NCBI GenBank assembly: GCA_965233585.1
Contig: CBDDTI010000747.1
Location: 512,001 to 576,000 of the forward strand
Length of the DNA stretch: 64,000 nt
Origin: a bacterium
GTDB taxonomy: Bacteria; SAR324; NAC60-12
Direction: 5' to 3'
Position 1 is the stretch's first letter. Each line of letters begins with the position of its first letter. The notes under the pieces were generated by a model, which did no database searches, was not told the DNA's origin, and saw nothing but the letters and a program-made list of their open reading frames with translations. This document shows, piece after piece, positions 9,278-19,417 of the stretch. The translations under genes and the position numbers were made by a program.

Positions 9278-11245
9278 ATGTCCTCATTTCAAATTCATGC
9301 TTCTTTTTCTGCAGCAGGCGACCAACCCCAAGCCATTGAAAGTCTGGTCAATGGAATCCATCAGCGTCAAAAAGAACAGGTGTTGCTTGGCATCACAGGT
9401 TCAGGCAAGACGTTTTCTATGGCAAACATCATTGCACAAACAGGACGCCCTGCACTCATCATTGCACACAACAAAACCCTTGCCGCACAACTTTACAACG
9501 AATTTTGCGACTTCTTCCCAAAAAATGCTGTTGAGTATTTTGTCAGCTTTTATGACTACTACCAGCCTGAAGCCTACGTCCCCCAACGTGACCTTTACAT
9601 AGAAAAAGACACTGCCATCAATGACAATTTGGAACGAATGCGGCTTTCTGCCACAAGGTCTTTGTTTGAACGTGAAGATGTCATCATTGTTGCCAGCGTC
9701 TCTTGTATCTATGGTTTGGGAAGTCCTGAAGAATACGGAGAGATGGCACTTTACTTGAAAATTGGGGACAAACTCCCACGTTCTGAACTTTTGCAACAAC
9801 TGATTACCATACGTTATGAACGCAACGATTATGATTTTTTTCGTGGGTCTTTCCGTGTGCGGGGTGATTGTGTGGAGGTGTACATGGCAGAGAAAGATTA
9901 TGGGATTCGTGTAGAGCTTTTTGGTGATGATGTAGAGGCAATCGTCAAGTTTGACCCCCTCAATGGCAAGAAGCAAGAATCTTTGTCAAAAGTGGCATTC
10001 TTTCCCAATTCTCACTACGTTGCCGCAGAAGACCAGATGCCTGAAACCTTGCGATTGATTCGTGAAGAACTAGAAGTAAGATTGCAGGAGTTGCATCAAC
10101 AAAACAAGCTGGTTGAGTTTCAAAGGTTGAAGCAACGTGTGGAGTATGATTTGGAGATGCTAGAAGAAACAGGCAGTTGCAAAGGCATTGAAAATTACAG
10201 CCGTATCTTGCAGAGGCGTCAAGCAGGAGAACCCTCCCCAACACTCATCAGTTATTTACCTGCTCATGCACTCATTTTTATTGATGAAAGTCACGTCACC
10301 TTGCCCCAAGTCCGAGGCATGTATCTTGGCGACCACTCACGCAAATTGACTCTTGTTGAACATGGATTCCGATTGCCTTCTGCTTTGGATAACCGACCTT
10401 ATCGCTTTGAAGAGTTTGAGACGTTGCCACAACCAAGAATTTACGTTTCTGCTACCCCAAGTGATTATGAATTGAAACAAAGTCAAAATGTGGCAGAACA
10501 AATCATTCGTCCCACAGGATTACTTGACCCTAAGATTGAAGTCAGGGGAGTGATGGGACAGGTTGATGACATGCTTGCAGAAATTCAAGAACGTATCAAG
10601 AATGGTGAACGGGTGTTGATTACAGCACTCACAAAACGTATGGTAGAAGACCTTGCAGAATATTATGATGATTTAGATGTGCGAGTCCGCTACTTGCATT
10701 CAGAAATTGATGCCATTGAACGCACCGTCATCATTCAAGAACTGCGTCAAGGTTTATTTGACGTTCTCATTGGCGTCAATCTATTGCGGGAGGGTCTTGA
10801 TATTCCTGAAGTCTCTTTGATTGGAATTTTTGATGCAGACAAAGAAGGCTTTTTACGTTCTACAACGTCTTTAATTCAAACGATTGGACGTGCGGCACGC
10901 AACACCAATGGCAAGGTCATCATGTATGCAGACTCCATCACAGGTTCTATGCAACGTGCGATGGACATCACCACACAACGAAGACGCAAACAACAAGAGT
11001 TCAATCACAAAAACGGCATCACTCCTAAAACTATCTTCAAAAAAATTCATCAATCGTTAGTCCAAGAATCTGCAGAACAAGAACAAGACCAAGTGGCTGA
11101 CAAATTGAAAGACACCTCCCCACAAAGTCTAATAAAAGAACTGGAAACAGAGATGCTAGAAGCCGCAGAACGTCTTGATTTTGAACAAGCGGCAAAGTTA
11201 CGAGACCGCATTCAATCACTCCAAAAATCCCTTCAAAAAAAGTGA
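9278..11245 (+). CDS. uvrB: Excinuclease ABC subunit B
   Basis: GITGSGKT, FVSFYDYYQPEAY, DESH, C-terminal UVR domain FEQAAKLRDRI. Confidence 0.98.
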   Translation: MSSFQIHASFSAAGDQPQAIESLVNGIHQRQKEQVLLGITGSGKTFSMANIIAQTGRPALIIAHNKTLAAQLYNEFCDFFPKNAVEYFVSFYDYYQPEAYVPQRDLYIEKDTAINDNLERMRLSATRSLFEREDVIIVASVSCIYGLGSPEEYGEMALYLKIGDKLPRSELLQQLITIRYERNDYDFFRGSFRVRGDCVEVYMAEKDYGIRVELFGDDVEAIVKFDPLNGKKQESLSKVAFFPNSHYVAAEDQMPETLRLIREELEVRLQELHQQNKLVEFQRLKQRVEYDLEMLEETGSCKGIENYSRILQRRQAGEPSPTLISYLPAHALIFIDESHVTLPQVRGMYLGDHSRKLTLVEHGFRLPSALDNRPYRFEEFETLPQPRIYVSATPSDYELKQSQNVAEQIIRPTGLLDPKIEVRGVMGQVDDMLAEIQERIKNGERVLITALTKRMVEDLAEYYDDLDVRVRYLHSEIDAIERTVIIQELRQGLFDVLIGVNLLREGLDIPEVSLIGIFDADKEGFLRSTTSLIQTIGRAARNTNGKVIMYADSITGSMQRAMDITTQRRRKQQEFNHKNGITPKTIFKKIHQSLVQESAEQEQDQVADKLKDTSPQSLIKELETEMLEAAERLDFEQAAKLRDRIQSLQKSLQKK

Positions 11246-11577
11246 ACAGACCAAAAACTTTTAAAAGTTTTTAATGGCTTTCAATGATTCTTAATGCTTT
11301 TTAGTGTCATTGCTTTTGGCTTAATTTCAAAACTTATGAATCGTGTCACACCCCCAAAGAAAGATAGATGACGAGTCAAAAACATCAAATAATTGAACAA
11401 CTTTATAAGGATTGTGAGAAAAGCGGAAACTTTGTGTTTCTATGTTGTCAGAGAAGCAACAGATGCTTTTGATGTTTTGAAGTTGTGGTGCTATACATTT
11501 ACTAATCCGCTTGACATGACCTCAATACAACTTGTCAAGTCTGCCGCTTATCAGTTAATACCAAGCGAGGTTTAGCA

Positions 11578-12393
11578 ATGAAAAATTTTAGAGACCATGT
11601 GTTTAACCAAGATGTTTTAGAGGTGTTAAAACAAATACCAGACCATTCATTAGACATGGTCTATGGAGACCCAGATTATAATGTAGGCATCAACTACGCT
11701 GGCAAAAATTACACGACAAAATGGAATGATTACATTGATTGGTATGTGCAACTGACTAAAGAATCATTGCGTGTTCTAAAACCAGAGGGCAATTTATTTA
11801 TGATGAATTACCCCAAACAAAATGCTTATTTGCGGGTCAAGTTTTTAGATGAACATGCCTACAATGTTCAAGATTATGTATGGATTTATAACACCAATGT
11901 TGGGCATTCAAAATCTCGCTTTACCACTGCTCATCGCTCCATACTTCACGCCACCAAAAGCAAAAACAACAAATTTTATAAAGACCAAGTTGCCGTACCC
12001 TATCAAAACCCGACTGATAAAAGAATACAGGCTAGAATTGCACAAGGGCATCAAGGCAGAATGCCTTACAGTTGGTTTTATTTTGATTTAGTTAAAAATG
12101 TGAGTAAAGACAAAACCTTTCACGCTTGACAAATCCCTCTTAAATTGGTGGAAATGTTGATCAAATCTTGCACCCAAGAACAAGACACTGTGTTCATTTT
12201 GTTTGGAGGTAGTGGCTCTGAATTGGCTTTGTGCAAACAACTCAACCGTCATTTTATCAGTTGTGAACTGCACGCAAAGTATTACCAAATGATCTTAGAC
12301 CGATTAAATAACGAAGGACAAATTAAAGATGAGTACAAATTAGAATTCACCAGAAAGAAAAAATCTGGTGACCAACAATCATTTTTGGCGTAA
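11578..12393 (+). pseudogene. N4/N6 DNA methyltransferase (beta class) interrupted by an in-frame TGA at 12127-12129 (pseudogene or recoded)
   Basis: DPDY catalytic-motif variant in the first part and FGGSGS SAM motif in the second; both ORFs are in the same frame: KTFHA-TGA-QIPLKLVEMLIKSC. Confidence 0.8.
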
Positions 12394-12530
12394 GGATAGA
12401 ATGTTTGGGGTCATTCCATAAAAAAGTGATGCTTCTCCAGCTCAAGAAAGCTAAACAGACATGTCAAAAAATCAATCACTAAAGAAAATCAATCACTAAA
12501 AATCATCATCATTTACTATGACTAGCAATT

Positions 12531-13022
12531 ATGAGAATCAATGACTTAGAAGCCATCGTTTTTGACTTTGATGGCGTACTGACTGATAACTTTGTTTATG
12601 TGAACGACCAAGGGGAGGAGTCTGTCCGTTGTAGTCGTGCTGACGGATTGGCGATTCAAGCCATTGGCAAAGCAAACCCGCATCTCAAGTTGATGATTCT
12701 TTCCACAGAAAAAAATCTTGTTGTGTCCAAACGTGCAGACAAGTTAGGGCTTTTGTGCATTCAAGGGAGTTTGGACAAAGTGGAATCTTTAAAAAAAGCG
12801 GCTGCTCAACAGCGATTTTCTCTTGAAAAAACCCTTTATCTTGGCAATGACCTCAATGACTATCACGCCATGAAACTTTGCAAATACTCTGCTTGTCCTG
12901 CTGACAGCCACCATGACATTTGCCAAATTGCTAAAATCCAACTGCAAACTCAAGGTGGTCATGGTGTAGTCCGTGAACTAGTTGAAAAGATTTTTAAGTT
13001 AGACCTTAAAACTTTATTGTAG
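12531..13022 (+). CDS. KdsC-like HAD phosphatase (YrbI family)
   Basis: FDFDGVLTD, DGLAI, YLGNDLND, GGHGVVRE. Confidence 0.85.
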   Translation: MRINDLEAIVFDFDGVLTDNFVYVNDQGEESVRCSRADGLAIQAIGKANPHLKLMILSTEKNLVVSKRADKLGLLCIQGSLDKVESLKKAAAQQRFSLEKTLYLGNDLNDYHAMKLCKYSACPADSHHDICQIAKIQLQTQGGHGVVRELVEKIFKLDLKTLL

Positions 13023-13204
13023 TATCAACGTTTTCAAAATGATTTTTTTCAACATGATTTGTTCAACATCTCCTTTTTTAAATTTTCAAATTTTCAAATC
13101 ATCTTTTTTCAATCGCTCTGTTTTTTTTGAGTCTTTCATAAGATTTTTTAAGAAATCAGGCACTAAAAAGTCGTTTTGAGCATCTTGAATTTCAGTCTCT
13201 TGAA

Positions 13205-14758
13205 ATGAATCAGTCTTTCAAAACTCAATACGTCCTGAAACCTCAATTCCTCTGTCAATTTTTCATCATCTTGTTTGCTTCGTGGTTAGTTGGGCTTCAG
13301 CTTTGGGACCATGATTTGTTTGAGTATTGGGGTTATTACAAGATAATGTTTGAAGATGGCTGGAATCCTGATGATTATTGGGTGCAAGCGCATTCGTGGA
13401 TTAATGTGCGTTCAGGATTTTTGTTGCACATTCGGGCATTAGAGTTGTTGTTTGGATTGCAAAGTGCTTTTTTCGTTGCCTATGCCATCACTTTTGTTGC
13501 GTGTCTTTTGGCAGTGATGAGGCTTGCGAAGCGTGTGGGGCAACTTCTCAACATGCAGTCTTTGCACTATTGGACAGTGGTTTTGATGGTGTCAGCCCCG
13601 TCTTCCAAGTACTTGATAGAGATGATTGGGGGCAACGATGTCATCTATGACCACCTCAAATCTTCTTTTGCGGCAACGGCTGTGGCACTTTGGGCAGTGG
13701 TGCTTTGGTTAGAAGACAGACCACGCTTTGCCTTCTTTTTGGCAGGATATGCCGTGTTCCTTCATATTCAATTTGGCGGGTTGGTTGTCTTGGTTTTATT
13801 GATTCTCACCATTTATGAAAATCGTTGGGACTTCAAAAAAACTTGTTTAGACGTGTGTCCTGCATTGTTCTGGTCGCCTTTGCCTTTGTGGCTGGTGTTT
13901 GAATTATTAGTCAAAAATCCTCCTATTGACTCACAAGTGCTTTTCAATCTCATGTCGTGGCGAATGCCTCATCATATCTTGCCAAGTGCTTTTGGCGAGA
14001 GCAAATGGAGGCATTTTGCAACACGTCTGCTTTTTGCTTTGATTTTGATGATGTTCATCAGGCGTCACAAGTCTTGTTTTCAAAGACGTTTAGTGGCATT
14101 GGGCATGACTTGTTTTTTAGCGATTGGTGCAGTTTCAATTTTGATAGAATGGGGCGATTCATTATGGGCGGCACAAACTCAAGCCTTCCGATTAGACTTT
14201 GTCATCTGCTTATTGGCGGCAATGGGATTGTCTGCCGTTTTCATCTTTGCTAGCAAAAAATGGTGTCGTTCAGAATGGGTCTTGCCTTCGGTCTTCTTGG
14301 TGTCTTTGACAATTCTTCATACTCATAGCAGGCAAGAAAACCTCAAACCTTTCAAAGAGCGATTCAGAAACCTTGAAATCCCGGGGGAAAGTTCAAATGA
14401 GATAGATGTATTTTTTCAAAAAGCCAAGCCGTACGTTGAGCCAAATGCAGTGGTATTGGCAACGGGAGGTGCTGCCGTGCAAGGCAGGGTCAGGTTACTT
14501 TGGAACACTCCCTTATTTTTTGGATACAAAAGCACCCCTCAAAATCGTTCTATCTGGCTTGAATATTATGAAAGGGGGCAATTACAACAGCAGTTTGAAA
14601 ACAAACCTTCCCTTGAATTGATTGAACAAATGAAGGCGTACCAAACTGTGCAATATATCGTCTCAGACCAAAAAATCCTTCAAATGAAGCCTCTGTTTCA
14701 ACATGGAACGTATCGCTTGTATGACCTCCAAAAAGCACCGATGCAATCCCTTCCATAA
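13205..14758 (+). CDS. Polytopic membrane protein, probably surface-glycan related (GT-C-like)
   Basis: Many TM segments with a soluble C-terminal domain; RMPHH motif; no firm family. Confidence 0.5.
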   Translation: MNQSFKTQYVLKPQFLCQFFIILFASWLVGLQLWDHDLFEYWGYYKIMFEDGWNPDDYWVQAHSWINVRSGFLLHIRALELLFGLQSAFFVAYAITFVACLLAVMRLAKRVGQLLNMQSLHYWTVVLMVSAPSSKYLIEMIGGNDVIYDHLKSSFAATAVALWAVVLWLEDRPRFAFFLAGYAVFLHIQFGGLVVLVLLILTIYENRWDFKKTCLDVCPALFWSPLPLWLVFELLVKNPPIDSQVLFNLMSWRMPHHILPSAFGESKWRHFATRLLFALILMMFIRRHKSCFQRRLVALGMTCFLAIGAVSILIEWGDSLWAAQTQAFRLDFVICLLAAMGLSAVFIFASKKWCRSEWVLPSVFLVSLTILHTHSRQENLKPFKERFRNLEIPGESSNEIDVFFQKAKPYVEPNAVVLATGGAAVQGRVRLLWNTPLFFGYKSTPQNRSIWLEYYERGQLQQQFENKPSLELIEQMKAYQTVQYIVSDQKILQMKPLFQHGTYRLYDLQKAPMQSLP

Positions 14759-14912
14759 TCTGAAAAATCAAACCCCCAAATCGCAAGGCTTTCTTTGCTC
14801 AAAGACTTCTTTTGAAAGGAGTTAAAACTTTTGAGTTGCTTTTTTATCGCTGTTTTTGGGGATTTTAGGCTAGAATTTTATTTTAATCATTTTCAAGTAT
14901 AAGCAAAAACGT

Positions 14913-15809
14913 ATGACAACTAAATGTGGCTTCATTGGGTTAATTGGAAGACCCAATGTTGGTAAATCTACATTGATGAACCGCTTCCTTCCAAAGCCGA
15001 TTTCCATTGTCTCTAACAAACCCCAAACAACAAGGAATCAAATCATGGGGGTTTTGAGCAATGAAAGCAGTCAAATTGTGTTCATTGACACCCCCGGCAT
15101 TCATCAAGCATCCAAAGAGCTGAACCGACGCCTTGTGCAATATGCGTGGTCTACCGTTCACGAGTCAGACCTTTGCCTGTGGCTGGTAGAACCTCTACAT
15201 AAAAAGTTTGGCACAATCCACCCCCTTGACGAACAGATGATGCAGAAACTTCAAACACTTCAAACCCCTGTCCTTGTGGTGTTGAACAAAACAGACCTCA
15301 TTTCACAAGAAGACATTTTGCAAAGCATCTCATACTTCAGCGAAACGTTGCCTTTTGCTGACATCGTTCCTGTTTCTGCCAAAAGTGGCTATAACGTCAA
15401 TTATCTACTTCAGATGCTTCATCAAACTTTGCCTGATGGACAATTCTGCTTTGACCCCAGTCAGATGACGAATTGTTCAGACGCTTTTTTAGCATCTGAA
15501 TTTGTCAGAGAACAAGCCTTCCGTTCGTTGAGGCAAGAACTTCCTTATGCCTTTACCACGTTAACCGAACATTTTGAAGAAAAGAAAAACATCATCTTCA
15601 TTGATTGTTTGTTGCTGGTAGAGCAGGACTCTCAAAAAGGCATCATCATCGGGCATCAAGGAAGCATGCTTAAAAAAATAGGTTCTGCAGCGCGGAAAAA
15701 GTTGGAGGGGTTGTTTGGTAAAAAAGTGTTTTTGAACTTACACGTCAAGGTGTCCAAACGTTGGAGTGAAAACCCCAAAGAGTTAGAGACTCTTGGGTTT
15801 TCTATTTGA
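14913..15809 (+). CDS. era: GTPase Era
   Basis: GRPNVGKS, PQTTR, DTPG, NKTD, C-terminal KH domain GIIIGHQG. Confidence 0.97.
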   Translation: MTTKCGFIGLIGRPNVGKSTLMNRFLPKPISIVSNKPQTTRNQIMGVLSNESSQIVFIDTPGIHQASKELNRRLVQYAWSTVHESDLCLWLVEPLHKKFGTIHPLDEQMMQKLQTLQTPVLVVLNKTDLISQEDILQSISYFSETLPFADIVPVSAKSGYNVNYLLQMLHQTLPDGQFCFDPSQMTNCSDAFLASEFVREQAFRSLRQELPYAFTTLTEHFEEKKNIIFIDCLLLVEQDSQKGIIIGHQGSMLKKIGSAARKKLEGLFGKKVFLNLHVKVSKRWSENPKELETLGFSI

Positions 15810-15863
15810 CTAAAAACGAAATTGACCAACTCTTGACCAAATCAAATTGACCAACTTCAAGCG

Positions 15864-17099
15864 ATGCTGACTAAAGATTTGCTAAGATACGACCAAAAAG
15901 GTGAGAAGATTGTACCTTTTTGGGTGTCCCCTAAAGACCGTCAGCTTTTGGCGGCGGCGGAGTCATTGATTGAGCTTTTTCAGATGAGTCTTGGGCAGAC
16001 TAGAGCAGAGTTGCAAGAATCTGCCAAGCATCTTGTCAATAGTTATGGTGCGTTGACTTTTGTGTTGCGTGGGTTTGAAAAGCTGTTGACAGACCGCCTT
16101 GAATTTGGGGGCAGTGAGGAGACCGATTTTATTCAACAACGCAAGTCCATTTTTCAATACTCTGCTGCTTTGATTCAAAAAGGGGTGTCTGATTTGCAAC
16201 AGTATCGTCAAAACGTGGCGGGGTATTTCAAGCAAACTCCTGAGCAACTTTCACAAATGCTTTATGCTGATTTGCCTGCCTATCAAACCGTGTTGTCGCA
16301 TCGTCTGTTTTCTCCAGAACAGTTGCTTCATCGCTACAACGTGGCACAGGTTCAAGGTTTTTTGTTGAGGGCAAGGCAACTAACGGTGAGGCTTCCTGCT
16401 GCTGATGTGTTGATGCTTCGGCAGTGTTGTCAGTATCTTCGTTTTTATCAACTGCTTGCAGACATTCAAAAATGCAAAGGGCATTTTCAAATCGCCATAG
16501 ACGGACCGCTTGCTATGTTTCATCAAAGTCAAAAATACGGAATCAACCTTGCACAACTCTTCCCTGCTTTGTTGTTGTTAAATCGTTGGGAATTGGAGGC
16601 AGAAGTCCACGTCAGCCAGCAAACTAAGTTACAGCTTAAACTAGACTCTTCATGTCAAATGCAGTCTCATTATCGGCAATTTTCTGCATTTGTCCCTGAT
16701 GAAATTGAACGTTTTGCCAAGCACTTTGCGAAATCGGTGCAAGAGTGGAAGATGACGCCTTCAGAAAACTTTGTCCCTCTAAAAGGTGAGCAATATTGCT
16801 TCCCTGATTATCACCTAGTCCATGAATCAGGCAAAAGTGTGTCCCTAGAGTTTTTCCATGCGTGGCATGCCGCACCTCTGGGCAAGCGATTACAGCAGTT
16901 GCAAGAAGAATCGCCTCCTCCTTTGATTTTGGGGGTGGCAAAGCATCTCAACAAAAAAGAAGAACTTGGGCATCTGTTGCAACAATCTGACTACTTTCAA
17001 AATTACGGGTTCTTCTTTCAAAAAACTCCCACGTCAGAACAACTCAAAAAACCTCTCAACAACCTCCTCAAAATCCATTCGCAACAAAATTTATTCTAA
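15864..17099 (+). CDS. DUF790 family protein (Bax1-like endonuclease)
   Basis: MLTKDLLR start, LYADL, LLHRYNVAQVQG, IDGPLAMF...KYG, FPDY...LEFF PD-(D/E)xK-like region. Confidence 0.85.
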   Translation: MLTKDLLRYDQKGEKIVPFWVSPKDRQLLAAAESLIELFQMSLGQTRAELQESAKHLVNSYGALTFVLRGFEKLLTDRLEFGGSEETDFIQQRKSIFQYSAALIQKGVSDLQQYRQNVAGYFKQTPEQLSQMLYADLPAYQTVLSHRLFSPEQLLHRYNVAQVQGFLLRARQLTVRLPAADVLMLRQCCQYLRFYQLLADIQKCKGHFQIAIDGPLAMFHQSQKYGINLAQLFPALLLLNRWELEAEVHVSQQTKLQLKLDSSCQMQSHYRQFSAFVPDEIERFAKHFAKSVQEWKMTPSENFVPLKGEQYCFPDYHLVHESGKSVSLEFFHAWHAAPLGKRLQQLQEESPPPLILGVAKHLNKKEELGHLLQQSDYFQNYGFFFQKTPTSEQLKKPLNNLLKIHSQQNLF

Positions 17100-17228
17100 A
17101 CCCCAAAAAATGTGATTTTTTAAACCTAGCATGTTGCTATAAACTCTTTTTTGGAATAGAATTTGTCCCTTGTGTTTTCATTCTTTTTTAATTAATTTTT
17201 CATTCACTTTTTGGCAAAGGAGAATCCC

Positions 17229-18782
17229 ATGAAAAAAAACGCATTTTTTGTGATGACAATATTATCTTTCGCTTTGGTCGCTTGTAATGATGACAAAAGC
17301 GAAGACGATACCAAAGATGCAATCGCTGTGATTGCTTGTGAGTTCAAAGGCTCAAATCAAGTGACGAAAGGCTCAAATATCACAGCCAATTTAGGTTGTG
17401 AAGTGCCTGAAAAGTATCAGGGTTTGGAGCTGACTTTAAAGTATGACACAAGCCTCATTCAGCTGACTGCAGGCGGTGCCACCCAAACATCAGCAGGACA
17501 AGTCACTTACAAATTACCACCCAAAGAAAATTTTGAAAGTGCCTTGACGCTCAAGGGTCTGTCAGCAGGCAAGGGCAAGCTCAACCTCAACGTCAACGAC
17601 CTGTCTGTCAGCTGGGATTATTCTGTCTTGCTTCCTCCCAGAGCCCCCTTTGACAAAATCAGCATCTCCCTTGGAAATACACATAACCTAGCCGTCAAAG
17701 ACGGAGAACTTTGGGCTTGGGGCAACAATGGGTCAGGACAGCTTGGCAATGGTGGGACAGATGAAGTTGATGCACCAACAAAAATTGGAAACTATGCAAT
17801 GGTTGAGGCAGGCATCACTCATAGCGTTGCCATCAGAGAAGACGGGACACTCTGGACTTGGGGAAGTAATGATTCTGGAGAGCTTGGCAATGGAGGGAAA
17901 GATGCTGACAGTGACGGGGATGCTGACAATGTCCTGATGCCTTCCATCATTGGTTCAGACAAAGATTGGAAAACTGTTGCAGCAGCTTCCCATGTATTAG
18001 CAATCAAGACAGACGGGACGCTTTGGGCTTGGGGAAATAATATTTCAGGAAAGCTTGGCAATGGAGGGTTAAATCCCGATAGTGATGGTTTTCCCGCTGA
18101 TGTTTTGACTCCTGCTCAAGTTGGTTCAGACAAAGATTGGAAAAGTGTTGCAGCAGGAGATGAACACTCATTAGCTATCAAGGAAGACGGGACGCTTTGG
18201 GCTTGGGGCAACAATGCGTCAGGACAGCTTGGCAATGGAGGGATAGATGCTGACAGCGACGGGGCTTTTGACAATGTTCTGACGCCTGCTCAAATTGGTT
18301 CAGACAAAGATTGGAAGGCTGCTTTTGCAGGACGCCACTCCAGCTTTGCCATTAAAAAAGACGGGACGCTTTGGGCTTGGGGGTATAATAGACGAGGGCA
18401 ACTTGGTCTTGGCAACACAACAAACCAAAGCTCTCCTGTCAAGGTTGGTACTGCCACCAGCTGGAAAGCCGTTGCGGGAGGCTCTAATGGAGACAATGAA
18501 AGGGCTCACACCATCGGACTCAGAGAAGATGGGACGCTTTGGGCTTGGGGGAATGACTGGAACGGGCAACTTGGCAACGGAGCAGGGCGTACCAACCAGA
18601 CCAGCCCACAACAGATTGGCAGCGACACAGACTGGAAAGCCATTGCCGCAGGCAATGCGGCAAGTATGGCTGTTAAGTCAGATGACAGCTTTTGGACTTG
18701 GGGAAATGATCTTTGGGGTCAAGCAGGCAATGGTGCTGCGTCATCTGACGATGTCCACACTCCTACCAAAATTAATTTTTAA
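17229..18782 (+). CDS. RCC1-repeat beta-propeller lipoprotein
   Basis: RBS AAGGAG then MKKNAFF...LVAC lipobox; about 7 repeats of AIKxDGTLWAWGxNxxGQLGNG. Confidence 0.9.
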   Translation: MKKNAFFVMTILSFALVACNDDKSEDDTKDAIAVIACEFKGSNQVTKGSNITANLGCEVPEKYQGLELTLKYDTSLIQLTAGGATQTSAGQVTYKLPPKENFESALTLKGLSAGKGKLNLNVNDLSVSWDYSVLLPPRAPFDKISISLGNTHNLAVKDGELWAWGNNGSGQLGNGGTDEVDAPTKIGNYAMVEAGITHSVAIREDGTLWTWGSNDSGELGNGGKDADSDGDADNVLMPSIIGSDKDWKTVAAASHVLAIKTDGTLWAWGNNISGKLGNGGLNPDSDGFPADVLTPAQVGSDKDWKSVAAGDEHSLAIKEDGTLWAWGNNASGQLGNGGIDADSDGAFDNVLTPAQIGSDKDWKAAFAGRHSSFAIKKDGTLWAWGYNRRGQLGLGNTTNQSSPVKVGTATSWKAVAGGSNGDNERAHTIGLREDGTLWAWGNDWNGQLGNGAGRTNQTSPQQIGSDTDWKAIAAGNAASMAVKSDDSFWTWGNDLWGQAGNGAASSDDVHTPTKINF

Positions 18783-18795
18783 TGCCACACGACAC

Positions 18796-18818
18796 AGACA
18801 AGGTTTTCTGCCTTGTCT
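18796..18818 (+). terminator. Possible terminator hairpin after the RCC1 gene
   Basis: AGACAAGG-ttttctg-CCTTGTCT inverted repeat just after the stop; no clear U-tract. Confidence 0.35.
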
Positions 18819-18933
18819 GCCTTCAATCCACCAGCCTTGTCCAGCCATTGCCCAAATTCTCTTGAAGTTTGAAGTCATTATTTGAAGCCGTCAAATGTGA
18901 AGTGCCTCACGCCCTTAAAAAACGTTATCTCAC

Positions 18934-19359
18934 ATGAAATGTTTGAAGTTTTTGAAGTTATTAAGCATGGCATTGGTTCTCATCGGTTGTTCTAACCGTG
19001 TCATTCTGCCTTACGAGACGCCTTCTGCTGAAAAGGTGGTTTACGAAATTGATTTTTATGCTTGGGGATTGGTTGGCAATGGCAGCATTGATATTTTTTC
19101 TGACTGCCCACAAGGACGTGCTTACCAAGTGCATTCCTTCACCTCACCCACGCAAGCCTTATGGACTGTCTTGAGCCTTGGGGTTTATTCACCAAAAATG
19201 GTAGAGGTGACTTGTTCAGGCGTGGTCTCCAAATTAAGACCAGCCCCAGAACCTGAAGAACCGCAAAAAGACAGAGTCCCTCACTGGGACAGGAAACGTT
19301 TTTTTACGCCCCCTCCAAAGATTCAAACCCCCAATTCCAAAGCCTCAGACCAACGTTGA
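18934..19359 (+). CDS. Bor/Iss-like lipoprotein
   Basis: LIGC lipobox, FYAWGL, CP..., SLGVYSPKMVEVTC resembles the Bor family. Confidence 0.7.
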   Translation: MKCLKFLKLLSMALVLIGCSNRVILPYETPSAEKVVYEIDFYAWGLVGNGSIDIFSDCPQGRAYQVHSFTSPTQALWTVLSLGVYSPKMVEVTCSGVVSKLRPAPEPEEPQKDRVPHWDRKRFFTPPPKIQTPNSKASDQR

Positions 19360-19417
19360 CGTTTGTGAAGTTAAGCAACTTGCCCCCAAGCAAGAATCCC
19401 TTTTTTACAATCTGGAT

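Noticed and set aside
11578..12393. Genome-wide UGA reassignment (genetic code 4 or 25)
   Set aside because: TGA is a normal stop in conserved genes here (uvrB, era, mreB, rne), and no other gene shows an internal TGA.
12467..12500. Short direct repeats (AAAATCAATCACTAAA twice; also AGACTAAAAGATTT twice near 47347)
   Set aside because: Two-copy AT-rich micro-duplications with no evidence of function.
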